Below, in pieces: positions 24,256 through 32,437 of a stretch of 42,634 nt of DNA. How positions within the stretch are numbered: the stretch's first letter is position 1; every line of letters begins with the position of its first letter. Source of the DNA: Bdellovibrionota bacterium (lineage in GTDB: Bacteria; JAGRBM01); contig JBFLVN010000002.1 in NCBI GenBank assembly GCA_040758475.1, positions 1-42,634 on the forward strand, in the 5' to 3' direction. Position numbers and translations under genes: made by a program. The notes under the pieces were generated by a model. The model saw only the letters and a list, made by a program, of their open reading frames with translations, did not search any database and was not told the DNA's origin.

Positions 24256-26052
24256 TTATTTTGCTGGAACTTCGCTGGCTTGAGCGAGGTGCTCTTCAGC
24301 ACGGGCCAAGGCCGCTTCGATGTTTTCGGCAATGGCCAGCGTGCCGTTGCGGCTCTGGATGTCCGCTTTCTTGAGGACGCGGAGGGGCTGCGCCTGAAGC
24401 CCCGAGAGAATGGCCAGGCAGTTCCTCTTTTTGATTTCCGCCAGAGCACTTTCGAGGGCGACGAGGCCCGTCACGTCCATGGCCGGTACTTGATCCATCC
24501 GGAGGATGATGGCCCGTACGTTGGAACCGATTTCCCCCAGGGCCCCCACGGCCTTCTGGGCGGCGCCAAAGAATAACGGTCCCGCGATTTCGTAGACCAT
24601 CACGCCCGAGGGTGGGGGGCGAGGCAGTGAAAGGCCACCTCCTTCGGCGAGGCGTGCGTGGGTCACGTCCGCCATCCGGCGCATGAAGAGAAGCGCCGCC
24701 AGGACCACCCCCACCGAGACGGCCACCACCATGTCGAAGAAAACCGTAAGGAAGTAGCAGGTAAGAAGTACCGCCACGTCGCTTTTTGGTGAAACGCGCA
24801 GGATGTGGAAGAAGTGCTTGGCCTCCGCCATGTTCCACGCAACGAGAAGGAGCAGGGCGGCCAAAGCGGTCATGGGGAGATAGGAAATGAGCGGCGCGAG
24901 GGCCAGGACGGCGAGTAGAACGGTCACTGCGTGGGTGATGGACGCGATGGGGGAACGGGCGCCGTAGCGGATGCTCGTCGCCGTACGGGCGATGGCGCCG
25001 GTGGCCGCAATGCCGCCGAAGAAGGGGCAGAGGAGGTTTCCCACTCCGAGAGCGAAGAGTTCCGCGTCCGGGTCATGCTTCGTTCCAGCCATGCCGTCCG
25101 AGACGACGGCCGAGAGAAGCGATTCGATGGCGCCGAGGAGCGCGATGGCGAGCGCTCCGGGAATGAGTGAGCGGATCATTTCAAAGGAAAGGGCGAACGT
25201 TCCTCCCTCGGGCCCCGGTGCGTTCCAGGGAACCATGGGAAGCGGAGGAAGGCGCGGGATGCCCCGGACGATCTCCCCTTTGATGACCGTTTCGAAGCGG
25301 CTCCCGATGGTAGCGAGCGGAGCGCCCAGGAAATGATCGATAAGGACCGCCGCCACGGCTGCCAGCGGCAAGGCGACCAGCGGGGAGGGAACTTTTTTCG
25401 TCAGGCGTGGAAAATAAATGAGAATGAAAAGTGTGCCCATCCCGATTGCAAATTCCCAAAGCGAGGCGCCTTCTTTCGCATTCCAGAAGGCTTCGATCCG
25501 TTCCAGGAAGTGCTGGGGATTGCCTTCGAGGTTCAATCCGAAAAGGTCCTTGATCTGGAGCACCCCAATCACCGTTCCGATGCCGGCGGTAAAACCCGTG
25601 GTGACGGGGTAAGGGATGAATTCAATGAGGCGCCCCAGGCGGGCGATCCCCATGGCGAGCAGGAGGAGCCCGCCGAGGAGACCGCAGAGGAGGAGCCCCG
25701 CGAGGCCGAATTGGGTATAGATAGGCGCCAGGATGACGATGAAGGCGGCCGTGGGGCCGGTTACCTGGGTCCGTGAGCCGCCGAGAAGGGCGACGACGGC
25801 ACCCCCGACGATAGCCGTGTAAAGGCCGTACTGCGGCGGCACGCCGACTGCGATGGCGAGGGCCATCGAAAGAGGCAGTGCGACGATGCCGACGACGACG
25901 CCCGCCAAAAGGTCGGATTTGAGGTCGCGCGCGGAGTAATTTTCTTTTAAAGATTGCCTCAGGGCTGCCGCAGGGAGACCTGTGAAAGGAATGTCCGAGA
26001 GTCTCGACTGGTAGCGGGTCCTGGGCAAGGAAGCGGGTCCCTGGTGCGCCAA
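24256..26052 (-). CDS. SulP-family anion permease with C-terminal STAS domain
   Basis: N-terminal SulP signature DLKSDLLAGVVVGIVALPLSMALAIAVGVPPQYGLYTAIVGG, multiple TM segments, and a C-terminal STAS-like region VMVYEIAGPLFFGAAQK...ILRMDQVPAMDVTGLVALE. Confidence 0.9.
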   Translation of the reverse strand: MAHQGPASLPRTRYQSRLSDIPFTGLPAAALRQSLKENYSARDLKSDLLAGVVVGIVALPLSMALAIAVGVPPQYGLYTAIVGGAVVALLGGSRTQVTGPTAAFIVILAPIYTQFGLAGLLLCGLLGGLLLLAMGIARLGRLIEFIPYPVTTGFTAGIGTVIGVLQIKDLFGLNLEGNPQHFLERIEAFWNAKEGASLWEFAIGMGTLFILIYFPRLTKKVPSPLVALPLAAVAAVLIDHFLGAPLATIGSRFETVIKGEIVRGIPRLPPLPMVPWNAPGPEGGTFALSFEMIRSLIPGALAIALLGAIESLLSAVVSDGMAGTKHDPDAELFALGVGNLLCPFFGGIAATGAIARTATSIRYGARSPIASITHAVTVLLAVLALAPLISYLPMTALAALLLLVAWNMAEAKHFFHILRVSPKSDVAVLLTCYFLTVFFDMVVAVSVGVVLAALLFMRRMADVTHARLAEGGGLSLPRPPPSGVMVYEIAGPLFFGAAQKAVGALGEIGSNVRAIILRMDQVPAMDVTGLVALESALAEIKKRNCLAILSGLQAQPLRVLKKADIQSRNGTLAIAENIEAALARAEEHLAQASEVPAK

Positions 26053-26182
26053 TCGCTGCTAAGGAGGCAGGAGCCTCCTCCTGATTGGACAAGGATGTAG
26101 CATGGAACTGCTTTGTCCTCCAAACAGTCGCGTGGCTTGGAACACAGCCTCCGCGCTTTAAAATGGGTAAAAAAGGCTGGTA

Positions 26183-28375
26183 ATGGCATTGAAATTGACA
26201 GTGGGAGCTTCGAACAAACAGAGCGCTCTGAGCCAGCGCATCCGGCGGGCACTCTTCTGGCTGGTGGCAGGAGCGCTTGTTTCTTGCGGGTCCGGTGATG
26301 GACCGGGCTTCATCCGGCCCTCCAACGCGACGTGCCGGGCCTTCTTGCCCGAAGTCCTCGTGGGCCTCGAAGAGGCTTTCCCCGATCTTCCCGATTTCGA
26401 CCGGCCCGTTTTTCTTCTCCAGGCGCCGGGAGATTCTTCCCGATGGTTCCTGGTGGAGCAGGGGGGTGTGGTGCGGACGTTTGCAAATTCACCTACCGTT
26501 TCGTCGGCAACTGTTTTTCTCGACATCCAGAACCGGGTGGACGATGGCGCCAGCGAAGCCGGCCTTCTCGGCATGGCGTTCCATCCCGATTTCGCGGCGA
26601 ACTACGAAGCTTTTCTCTCGTACACGGCAGACGACGGAGAAGGCGGCTTTGTCTCCCGCATTTCCCGTTTCACGAGCAGCGATAGCGGGTTGACCCTCAA
26701 TCCGGCATCCGAGGAAATTCTCCTCACACTGGACCAGCCTTTTAGCAACCACAACGGCGGTCACATCGTTTTCGGGCCGGACGGGTACCTTTATATCGGT
26801 TTTGGCGACGGCGGTTCGGGTGGCGATCCCCAGGGGAACGGCCAGAACCCCGATACGCTTCTTGGAAAAATCCTGCGGATCGACGTGGATGGTGGGACTC
26901 CCTACGCCGTGCCCAATGATAACCCCTTCGCCCCTGGTGGCTCGGACCCCGGCGGCGGTCTTCCGGAAATCTACGCCCTCGGGTTCCGCAATCCCTGGCG
27001 CTGGAGTTTCGATGCCGACACGGGAGACCTTTGGGTGGGCGATGTGGGGCAGGCGGATTTCGAAGAGATCGATCCCGTAGAGATGGGCGGCAATTACGGT
27101 TGGAATATCCGGGAAGGGGCTCATTGCTACGACGAAGAGGTTTGCGATTCCACCGGCCTCGTTGATCCCATTGCGGAATACAACCATTCGCAAGGAAACG
27201 CCGTGACTGGTGGCTACGTCTACCGGGGAACGGCCATTGCTTCGTTTCTACCGGAAGAAGAAGATGGCGCTGAAGTCTACATCTACGGTGACTTTGGAAC
27301 GGGGAACATCTGGGGCCTTTTCGACCCTTACGGTCTTGCCTGGGTGGAACCGATTTTCCCCGCCAGCGGCCTGTTGATTTCTTCCTTCGCGGAAGGGCTC
27401 GACGGCGAAATCTACGTGGTCGATTACAGCGGGAGCATTCACCAGATCGTCGAATCGACGACTCCGGCGGCAGGGGGCCCTCCGGCTCTTCTTTCGGAGA
27501 CGGGATGTGTTAATCCCAACAACCCGGCCGCGCCCGCCGCGGGGCTCATTCCATTTGAAATCAACCACCCTTTCTGGTCGGATGGCGGGGTCAAGTCGCG
27601 CTATCTGGCGCTTCCCGATGGAGAGCAAATTACGATTCAGAGTGATGGTGATCTCGATTTTCCTGAAGGAACGGTCCTGGTGAAATACTTCCGGCTGGAT
27701 GGCGAACTCATCGAAACGCGCCTCCTCATGCGCCGGATGGATGGGGCATGGGAAGGGTTTTCCTACGAATGGAACGATGTGGGGACCGACGCCGATCTCC
27801 TGGAAACGGGAAAACTAAAGCCCATCGGTTCACAAACCTGGGTCTACCCGAGCCGCTCCGAGTGCTTGATGTGCCACACGGAGGCGGCGGGGCGGTCCCT
27901 GGGCCTGGAACTGGGCCAGCTCAACCGTTCCGTTTCTTTGGGGGATATACAGGGCAATCAACTTCTGGCCTGGGCAGGGGCGGGGCTTTTCGAAGATGAC
28001 TTGCCCACGCCGCTGCCTATTCTTCCCGGTCTTACTTCGGGCGGGTCGCTCGAACAGCGCGCCAGGGCCTACCTGCATGCCAATTGTTCCCAGTGCCACC
28101 GGCCGGGCGGGGAAGGGCAGGGGCCGGAGGATTTCCGGTATTCGACGTCCCTCGCGGATATGGGAGCCTGCAACGTTTCCCCCACCCTCTCGAACCTCGG
28201 GAATCCGGACGCCCTACTGCTCAAGCCCGGTGAGCCTGAAAACTCGATTATCTCCATGCGAATGCGCGACCTCGTAGGGGGGGATCGCATGCCGCCGCTC
28301 GGGAGCACGGTACTCGACGAAGTAGGGGCTCAGTTGATCGACGATTGGATTGAATCGCTACAGGACTGCAACTAG
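26183..28375 (+). CDS. Lipoprotein: PQQ-dependent soluble sugar (glucose/sorbosone-type) dehydrogenase beta-propeller fused to a C-terminal domain with two CXXCH haem-c motifs
   Basis: Lipobox is LVAGALVSC. Dehydrogenase motifs are GLLGMAFHPDF, HNGGHIVFGPDGYLYIGFGDGGSGGDPQGNGQN, LLGKILRIDVDG and GFRNPWRWSFD. CLMCH lies at 27863-27877 and CSQCH at 28085-28099, both in frame. Confidence 0.85.
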   Translation: MALKLTVGASNKQSALSQRIRRALFWLVAGALVSCGSGDGPGFIRPSNATCRAFLPEVLVGLEEAFPDLPDFDRPVFLLQAPGDSSRWFLVEQGGVVRTFANSPTVSSATVFLDIQNRVDDGASEAGLLGMAFHPDFAANYEAFLSYTADDGEGGFVSRISRFTSSDSGLTLNPASEEILLTLDQPFSNHNGGHIVFGPDGYLYIGFGDGGSGGDPQGNGQNPDTLLGKILRIDVDGGTPYAVPNDNPFAPGGSDPGGGLPEIYALGFRNPWRWSFDADTGDLWVGDVGQADFEEIDPVEMGGNYGWNIREGAHCYDEEVCDSTGLVDPIAEYNHSQGNAVTGGYVYRGTAIASFLPEEEDGAEVYIYGDFGTGNIWGLFDPYGLAWVEPIFPASGLLISSFAEGLDGEIYVVDYSGSIHQIVESTTPAAGGPPALLSETGCVNPNNPAAPAAGLIPFEINHPFWSDGGVKSRYLALPDGEQITIQSDGDLDFPEGTVLVKYFRLDGELIETRLLMRRMDGAWEGFSYEWNDVGTDADLLETGKLKPIGSQTWVYPSRSECLMCHTEAAGRSLGLELGQLNRSVSLGDIQGNQLLAWAGAGLFEDDLPTPLPILPGLTSGGSLEQRARAYLHANCSQCHRPGGEGQGPEDFRYSTSLADMGACNVSPTLSNLGNPDALLLKPGEPENSIISMRMRDLVGGDRMPPLGSTVLDEVGAQLIDDWIESLQDCN

Positions 28376-28663
28376 CCGGAGCCATTCTCATTTCTGGGGT
28401 TCGGTTGTCTGAGTGTGAGGAGAGAATCTTCCAGCCGGAGTGGGGCTGCCTTGCCGGTATTTCGCCAGCGGCCGCAAGAAAGCCCGGCCGATGGGTTTGT
28501 GGCGCGGAGTTTTAGCCTTTTAATGTTGCTTCGCTCCCGCATTGCATTAAAAGCAAGTCCCTTCTATGATTCTGGTAGTTTTGTTCGCCCGCTGATTTCT
28601 CTCCGATGGAACCGCGCCAGGGCTATGCGCTTCCTAGGCAGGATGGGCAGTAAGGTAGGGGGA

Positions 28664-30604
28664 ATGATCCGTTCCCTGGTTGTCGCATTGATGTTGGCTA
28701 GTGCGGGACTCGTTTCCTGCGCAGCCCGTTCGTCTGTGTCGTCCGCTGATCCGTCAATCCCGGCATCTGCACAAGCCATTCCTACAACGTCCGAACCCGC
28801 TGCCGCTCCCTCGCCAGATGAGCCCTCTCAAGCCGTGGCCGCGGTCGAAGAGCCGTCGCCTGCCGACGAAGAAGCTCTTCCTGCCGAAGAAGCCGAAGAG
28901 GCCTCCGGCCCGGTTTCCGAGGAAAACGCAGAGGAGGCTCCTCCCGCGGAGGAAGGCGAAGAGACTCTGGAAGAGATTCTGGAAGCGGACCTGGAGCCCG
29001 TTCCGGAAATCCCGGAGGTTTTGCCTGGAGAAGAAGCCGAAGAGGGACCCGACCTCGAAGCCGAGATCGCGCGCCTGGGCAAGGGGTTCTATTCCAACCA
29101 CGACCAGGAACTGGCCGCGCTCATCGACGGCCTTAAAATCTTCCGGGGAATTCCACCGGCGGGTGAGAAAACGCCTGGCGATTATGTCCCCATGCTTTTG
29201 AACCGGCACGTGGAACATTGGCTCCTCTATTTCACGGGCAAAGGGCAGAAGTTTTTTGAGGTCTGGCTCTCACGCCTTCCCAAGTACAAGAGCCTTTTTG
29301 AGGACATCCTCGCCCAGCACGGCGTTCCCACCGATCTTGTCTACCTCGCCATGATCGAGAGCGGCTTTAGCCCCCGGGCCTATTCCCGGGCCAAGGCGGT
29401 GGGGCCCTGGCAGTTCATCCGCGGCACGGGAAAGCTCTACGACCTGCGGATCGACTGGTGGGTGGACGAACGGCGCGACCCGATCGCGGCCAGCCATGCG
29501 GCGGCCCGTTATTTAAAGGCGCTGCACGACGAGTTCGGTTGTTGGTATCTTTCGGCGGCCGGTTACAACGCTGGCGAGGGGAAAATCCGGCGGGGCCTGG
29601 CCAAGTACAAAGCCAAGAGTTTCTGGGAACTCCTCAAGCACCGGCATCTCCGCCGGGAAACCAAGGAATACGTTCCCAAACTCATCGCGGCCATGATCCT
29701 GGCGAAGGCGCCGGAGCGTTTCGGATTCGTGGGGATTCCGCAGGAAGCGCCCTATGAGTTCGAGACGGTCTCGGTTCCCGAAGGGACCGACGTGGCCCTT
29801 GTTGCCAAGTCCGTGGGCCGTACGTACGAAGAAATCCGCGACTTAAACCCTCATCTCGTGCGCTGGTTCACTCCGCCCGAGGGGGGGGATTTCGAAATCC
29901 GCATCCCCCGCGGCACTTCGGAGCGTTTCGCGCAGAACTTCCCGGATCTCTTGCGGGACGCGCCGCGCATCCAGTTCCTTACGCATCAGGTCCGCCGGGG
30001 GGAAACGCTTGCGCAGATCGCCTACATGTACGAGACCGATTCGGAAGGAATCCGCCGGTTGAACCACATCGGCCGCACTCTTCGGGCCGGGCAGAGCCTT
30101 CAGGTTCCCGTGCGTCCCGGCACGAAGCCTCGCAAGCCTCCCGTCGTTCTCGCCCGGGCGAGCCGCATGCTCCGCAACACGGACGTGGCCGTGCCTTCGG
30201 GCCACAAGGAAGTCCTTCACGTCGTTGGCCGGGGCGATACGCTTTGGGACATCGCCCAGCGCTTCGGGGTCACCATCGGCCAGGTCCGCCACTGGAACCG
30301 CCTGGATCGCCGTTCCCGCATCCTGCCGGGTGACGTCGTTTCCATCATGCTCCCCGCGTCCCGTGCCGCCTCTTACGCGGAGTTGAATCCCGTCAAGGTG
30401 AAATCCGATACGCGGGTGGCTTCGGCCGCCAAGGCGGTGTCTTCCTCCAGCGCGGTCCGGCACAAGGTCCGGCGTGGCGATACGGGTTATTCGATCGCCA
30501 GGAAGTACGGAATCAGTTTCGGCGATCTATCGGGCTGGAACCCCAAGACGGATTGGGACTTGCTCAAACCCGGCGACGTGGTCGTCGTCTATCCGTCCCA
30601 TTGA
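28664..30604 (+). CDS. mltD: MltD-like membrane-bound lytic murein transglycosylase (SLT domain plus 3 LysM) with a long acidic N-terminal linker
   Basis: Trimmed to ATG 28664 (AAGGTAGG RBS); lipobox LASAGLVSC. The SLT core is LVYLAMIESGFSPRAYSRAKAVGPWQFIRGTG...YLSAAGYNAGEG. LysM repeats are HQVRRGETLAQIAYMY, HVVGRGDTLWDIAQRFGV and HKVRRGDTGYSIARKYGI. Confidence 0.9.
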   Translation: MIRSLVVALMLASAGLVSCAARSSVSSADPSIPASAQAIPTTSEPAAAPSPDEPSQAVAAVEEPSPADEEALPAEEAEEASGPVSEENAEEAPPAEEGEETLEEILEADLEPVPEIPEVLPGEEAEEGPDLEAEIARLGKGFYSNHDQELAALIDGLKIFRGIPPAGEKTPGDYVPMLLNRHVEHWLLYFTGKGQKFFEVWLSRLPKYKSLFEDILAQHGVPTDLVYLAMIESGFSPRAYSRAKAVGPWQFIRGTGKLYDLRIDWWVDERRDPIAASHAAARYLKALHDEFGCWYLSAAGYNAGEGKIRRGLAKYKAKSFWELLKHRHLRRETKEYVPKLIAAMILAKAPERFGFVGIPQEAPYEFETVSVPEGTDVALVAKSVGRTYEEIRDLNPHLVRWFTPPEGGDFEIRIPRGTSERFAQNFPDLLRDAPRIQFLTHQVRRGETLAQIAYMYETDSEGIRRLNHIGRTLRAGQSLQVPVRPGTKPRKPPVVLARASRMLRNTDVAVPSGHKEVLHVVGRGDTLWDIAQRFGVTIGQVRHWNRLDRRSRILPGDVVSIMLPASRAASYAELNPVKVKSDTRVASAAKAVSSSSAVRHKVRRGDTGYSIARKYGISFGDLSGWNPKTDWDLLKPGDVVVVYPSH

Positions 30605-30631
30605 ATTTTCCGGAATTATTGAAGGGAAAGA

Positions 30632-30706
30632 TGGTGGGCGCAGCAGGGATCGAACCTGCGGCTTCCACCGTGTGAAGGTGGCACTCTCCCGCTGAGTTAT
30701 GCGCCC
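30632..30706 (-). tRNA. tRNA-Val (anticodon CAC), CCA encoded
   Basis: The reverse complement folds as a cloverleaf. Acceptor GGGCGCA/TGCGCCC, D-stem ACTC/GAGT, anticodon stem CCACC/GGTGG with loop TTCACAC, T-stem GCAGG/CCTGC with loop TTCGATC, discriminator A, then CCA. Length 75 nt. Confidence 0.9.
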
Positions 30707-30809
30707 AAGCTACTGATGATGACCGTAGATCACCACCAGAGGGCGACAACCGTACCACGAGCGGGAAAAACTGGCAACCGCTTCCGCGCATGCCGATCCT
30801 CCGGTTAGG

Positions 30810-32414
30810 ATGAAGCCCATGCGCCGTTCGCTCGTTCTTTCCTCCCTTTGCAGCGCGGGATTGCTTGTCTCCGGGACGGCAGGGCAGGGCTGCGCCCCTC
30901 GATCGGGGCTTCCCCCCCCTTCCTCGTCCCTGGCTCCACCGCCCGCGACGGTTCTCGTAGAAGAGCGGCCTGCCGATCCGCAGGTCATCGCCGATTACCT
31001 CGAGCGCCGGAAAGCCGAGGGCGCTTCCCCGGAGGAGATCGCGCGGCTCGAAGGGCTGCTCGCCGTCGCCCGGGCCTTCGTTGCGGCCGATGGCATCCGG
31101 GCCAGCGTGCCGCCGGATCAAGCGCCTGCTCTTTACGACCTCCTGCGCCTTTCTTCGGGATACGTGGCCCGCGAAGCCAGGGAAGTTTTGGCCGGAGAGG
31201 GTGGATCGGGGACTTCGCCCAAGGAAGAGGGGCTGGCTTTTCTTGCGGGAACTGGCGCTCCAGACCTGGACCTGGCCATCGCCCGGGCTTCCGAAAGCGG
31301 TGATTCGGCGAGTCTGCTAGCGCTCTCGGACCGGCTGACGAGCGAGGAATGGGAGCGCCTCTCGCTCGCCTCTTTGTGGACTCTCTGCCAGACGCTCGTC
31401 TCCGAGCAACGCTACGCCGAAGCGATCGATCGCCTCGCCATCCGGCTGCAAAGCATGGAAGGCGAACCGGGTGCGGCTGAACTGCGCCTTTCGCTTGCCC
31501 GGTGGCTCACTGCGGCCGGCCGCGAGACGGAGGCGAGGGAAGCCCTTGCCCTCGTAGTCGCGGAGCAGGAGCCCCATGCCCGCCTCGTGGGCTCGGCCCA
31601 GGAGATGAGCCGCGTCCTGGAGGGAAAGGCCACGGCCCGGGAGCGGGAGCTCTGGGCCCGCCTTCTCGAAGCCGAAGCCACTTTCCAGTACGGGACGGAT
31701 TTGAAGCGTGCCATCACCCTGGCGCAGAACGTAAAAGCGCAGGCGCCGGGAACCCCGCTCGCCCGCCGGGCGGAATCGGTGCTTTCGGGCGTCGAGACCC
31801 GGGCGGCGCAGATCGTGGACCGGGAGCTAGCCGATGTCTGGAAAGAATTCGAGGCGGGGGCCGCCTTGGACCCGCTGCTCGCGCGCCTGACGCGCCTGGC
31901 CGCCCGGATTCCGAGCGACGCCCAGCAGACGCGCATCGTGCGGGCCCGCGAGGACCTCCGCGGCGCCGAGATGGACCGGGCGATGGGGAGGCTCAAGGCC
32001 CGCGAGGAAGAACTATCCGCGCGTTTTGGCCAGGCCGAGGCTGCCGAAAAGGCGGGGGATTTGGAAGAAGCGGCCAAAATTCTCCGCTCGCTGGCCGATA
32101 CGTCCCGGCGGGAAGAAGCCCTCTCGCGCCTCGCCACGGTGATCGACAAGCTGGCCCGTGCCCAACGGGAGAAAGCGAGCCGCCTCTTCGAGCGGGCCCT
32201 CAAGGAAAAAGACCTCCCCAAGCGCCTTGCCGCCTTGGAAGCAGTGGAAAAGATGCTCGTGGAATTTCTGGATCGTTTCCCCCAGTACTCGGAAAAAACG
32301 CGGGTGGAAAAGGATTTGGGGCTCGTGCGAAGCGAGCTGGAACGGACGAAGAAGGCGCTTCCTCCTCCCCCCGCTACTCCCGCGAATTCTGATGCCGACG
32401 GGAAATCTCCTTAA
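30810..32414 (+). CDS. Secreted alpha-helical (TPR-like/coiled-coil) protein of unknown function
   Basis: The 534-aa ORF has an N-terminal hydrophobic signal-like segment SLVLSSLCSAGLLVSGTAG. It is Ala/Leu/Glu/Arg-rich and helical throughout, with a Pro-rich tail. I recognise no family motif. Confidence 0.55.
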   Translation: MKPMRRSLVLSSLCSAGLLVSGTAGQGCAPRSGLPPPSSSLAPPPATVLVEERPADPQVIADYLERRKAEGASPEEIARLEGLLAVARAFVAADGIRASVPPDQAPALYDLLRLSSGYVAREAREVLAGEGGSGTSPKEEGLAFLAGTGAPDLDLAIARASESGDSASLLALSDRLTSEEWERLSLASLWTLCQTLVSEQRYAEAIDRLAIRLQSMEGEPGAAELRLSLARWLTAAGRETEAREALALVVAEQEPHARLVGSAQEMSRVLEGKATARERELWARLLEAEATFQYGTDLKRAITLAQNVKAQAPGTPLARRAESVLSGVETRAAQIVDRELADVWKEFEAGAALDPLLARLTRLAARIPSDAQQTRIVRAREDLRGAEMDRAMGRLKAREEELSARFGQAEAAEKAGDLEEAAKILRSLADTSRREEALSRLATVIDKLARAQREKASRLFERALKEKDLPKRLAALEAVEKMLVEFLDRFPQYSEKTRVEKDLGLVRSELERTKKALPPPPATPANSDADGKSP

Positions 32415-32437
32415 CTTAAATTTAACAAAGGCAGGGG

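Noticed and set aside
26053-26182. Divergent promoter region between SulP and the dehydrogenase, with inverted repeat GGACAA...TTGTCC
   Set aside because: It has only 6-bp arms with a 22-nt spacer, and I could not align clear -35/-10 hexamers. This is too weak to report as a regulatory site.
30632-30706. tRNA-Val as an integration site of a genomic island
   Set aside because: No integrase, direct repeat of the tRNA 3' end or mobile-element genes were seen on either side. The flanking genes look like core envelope and metabolic functions.
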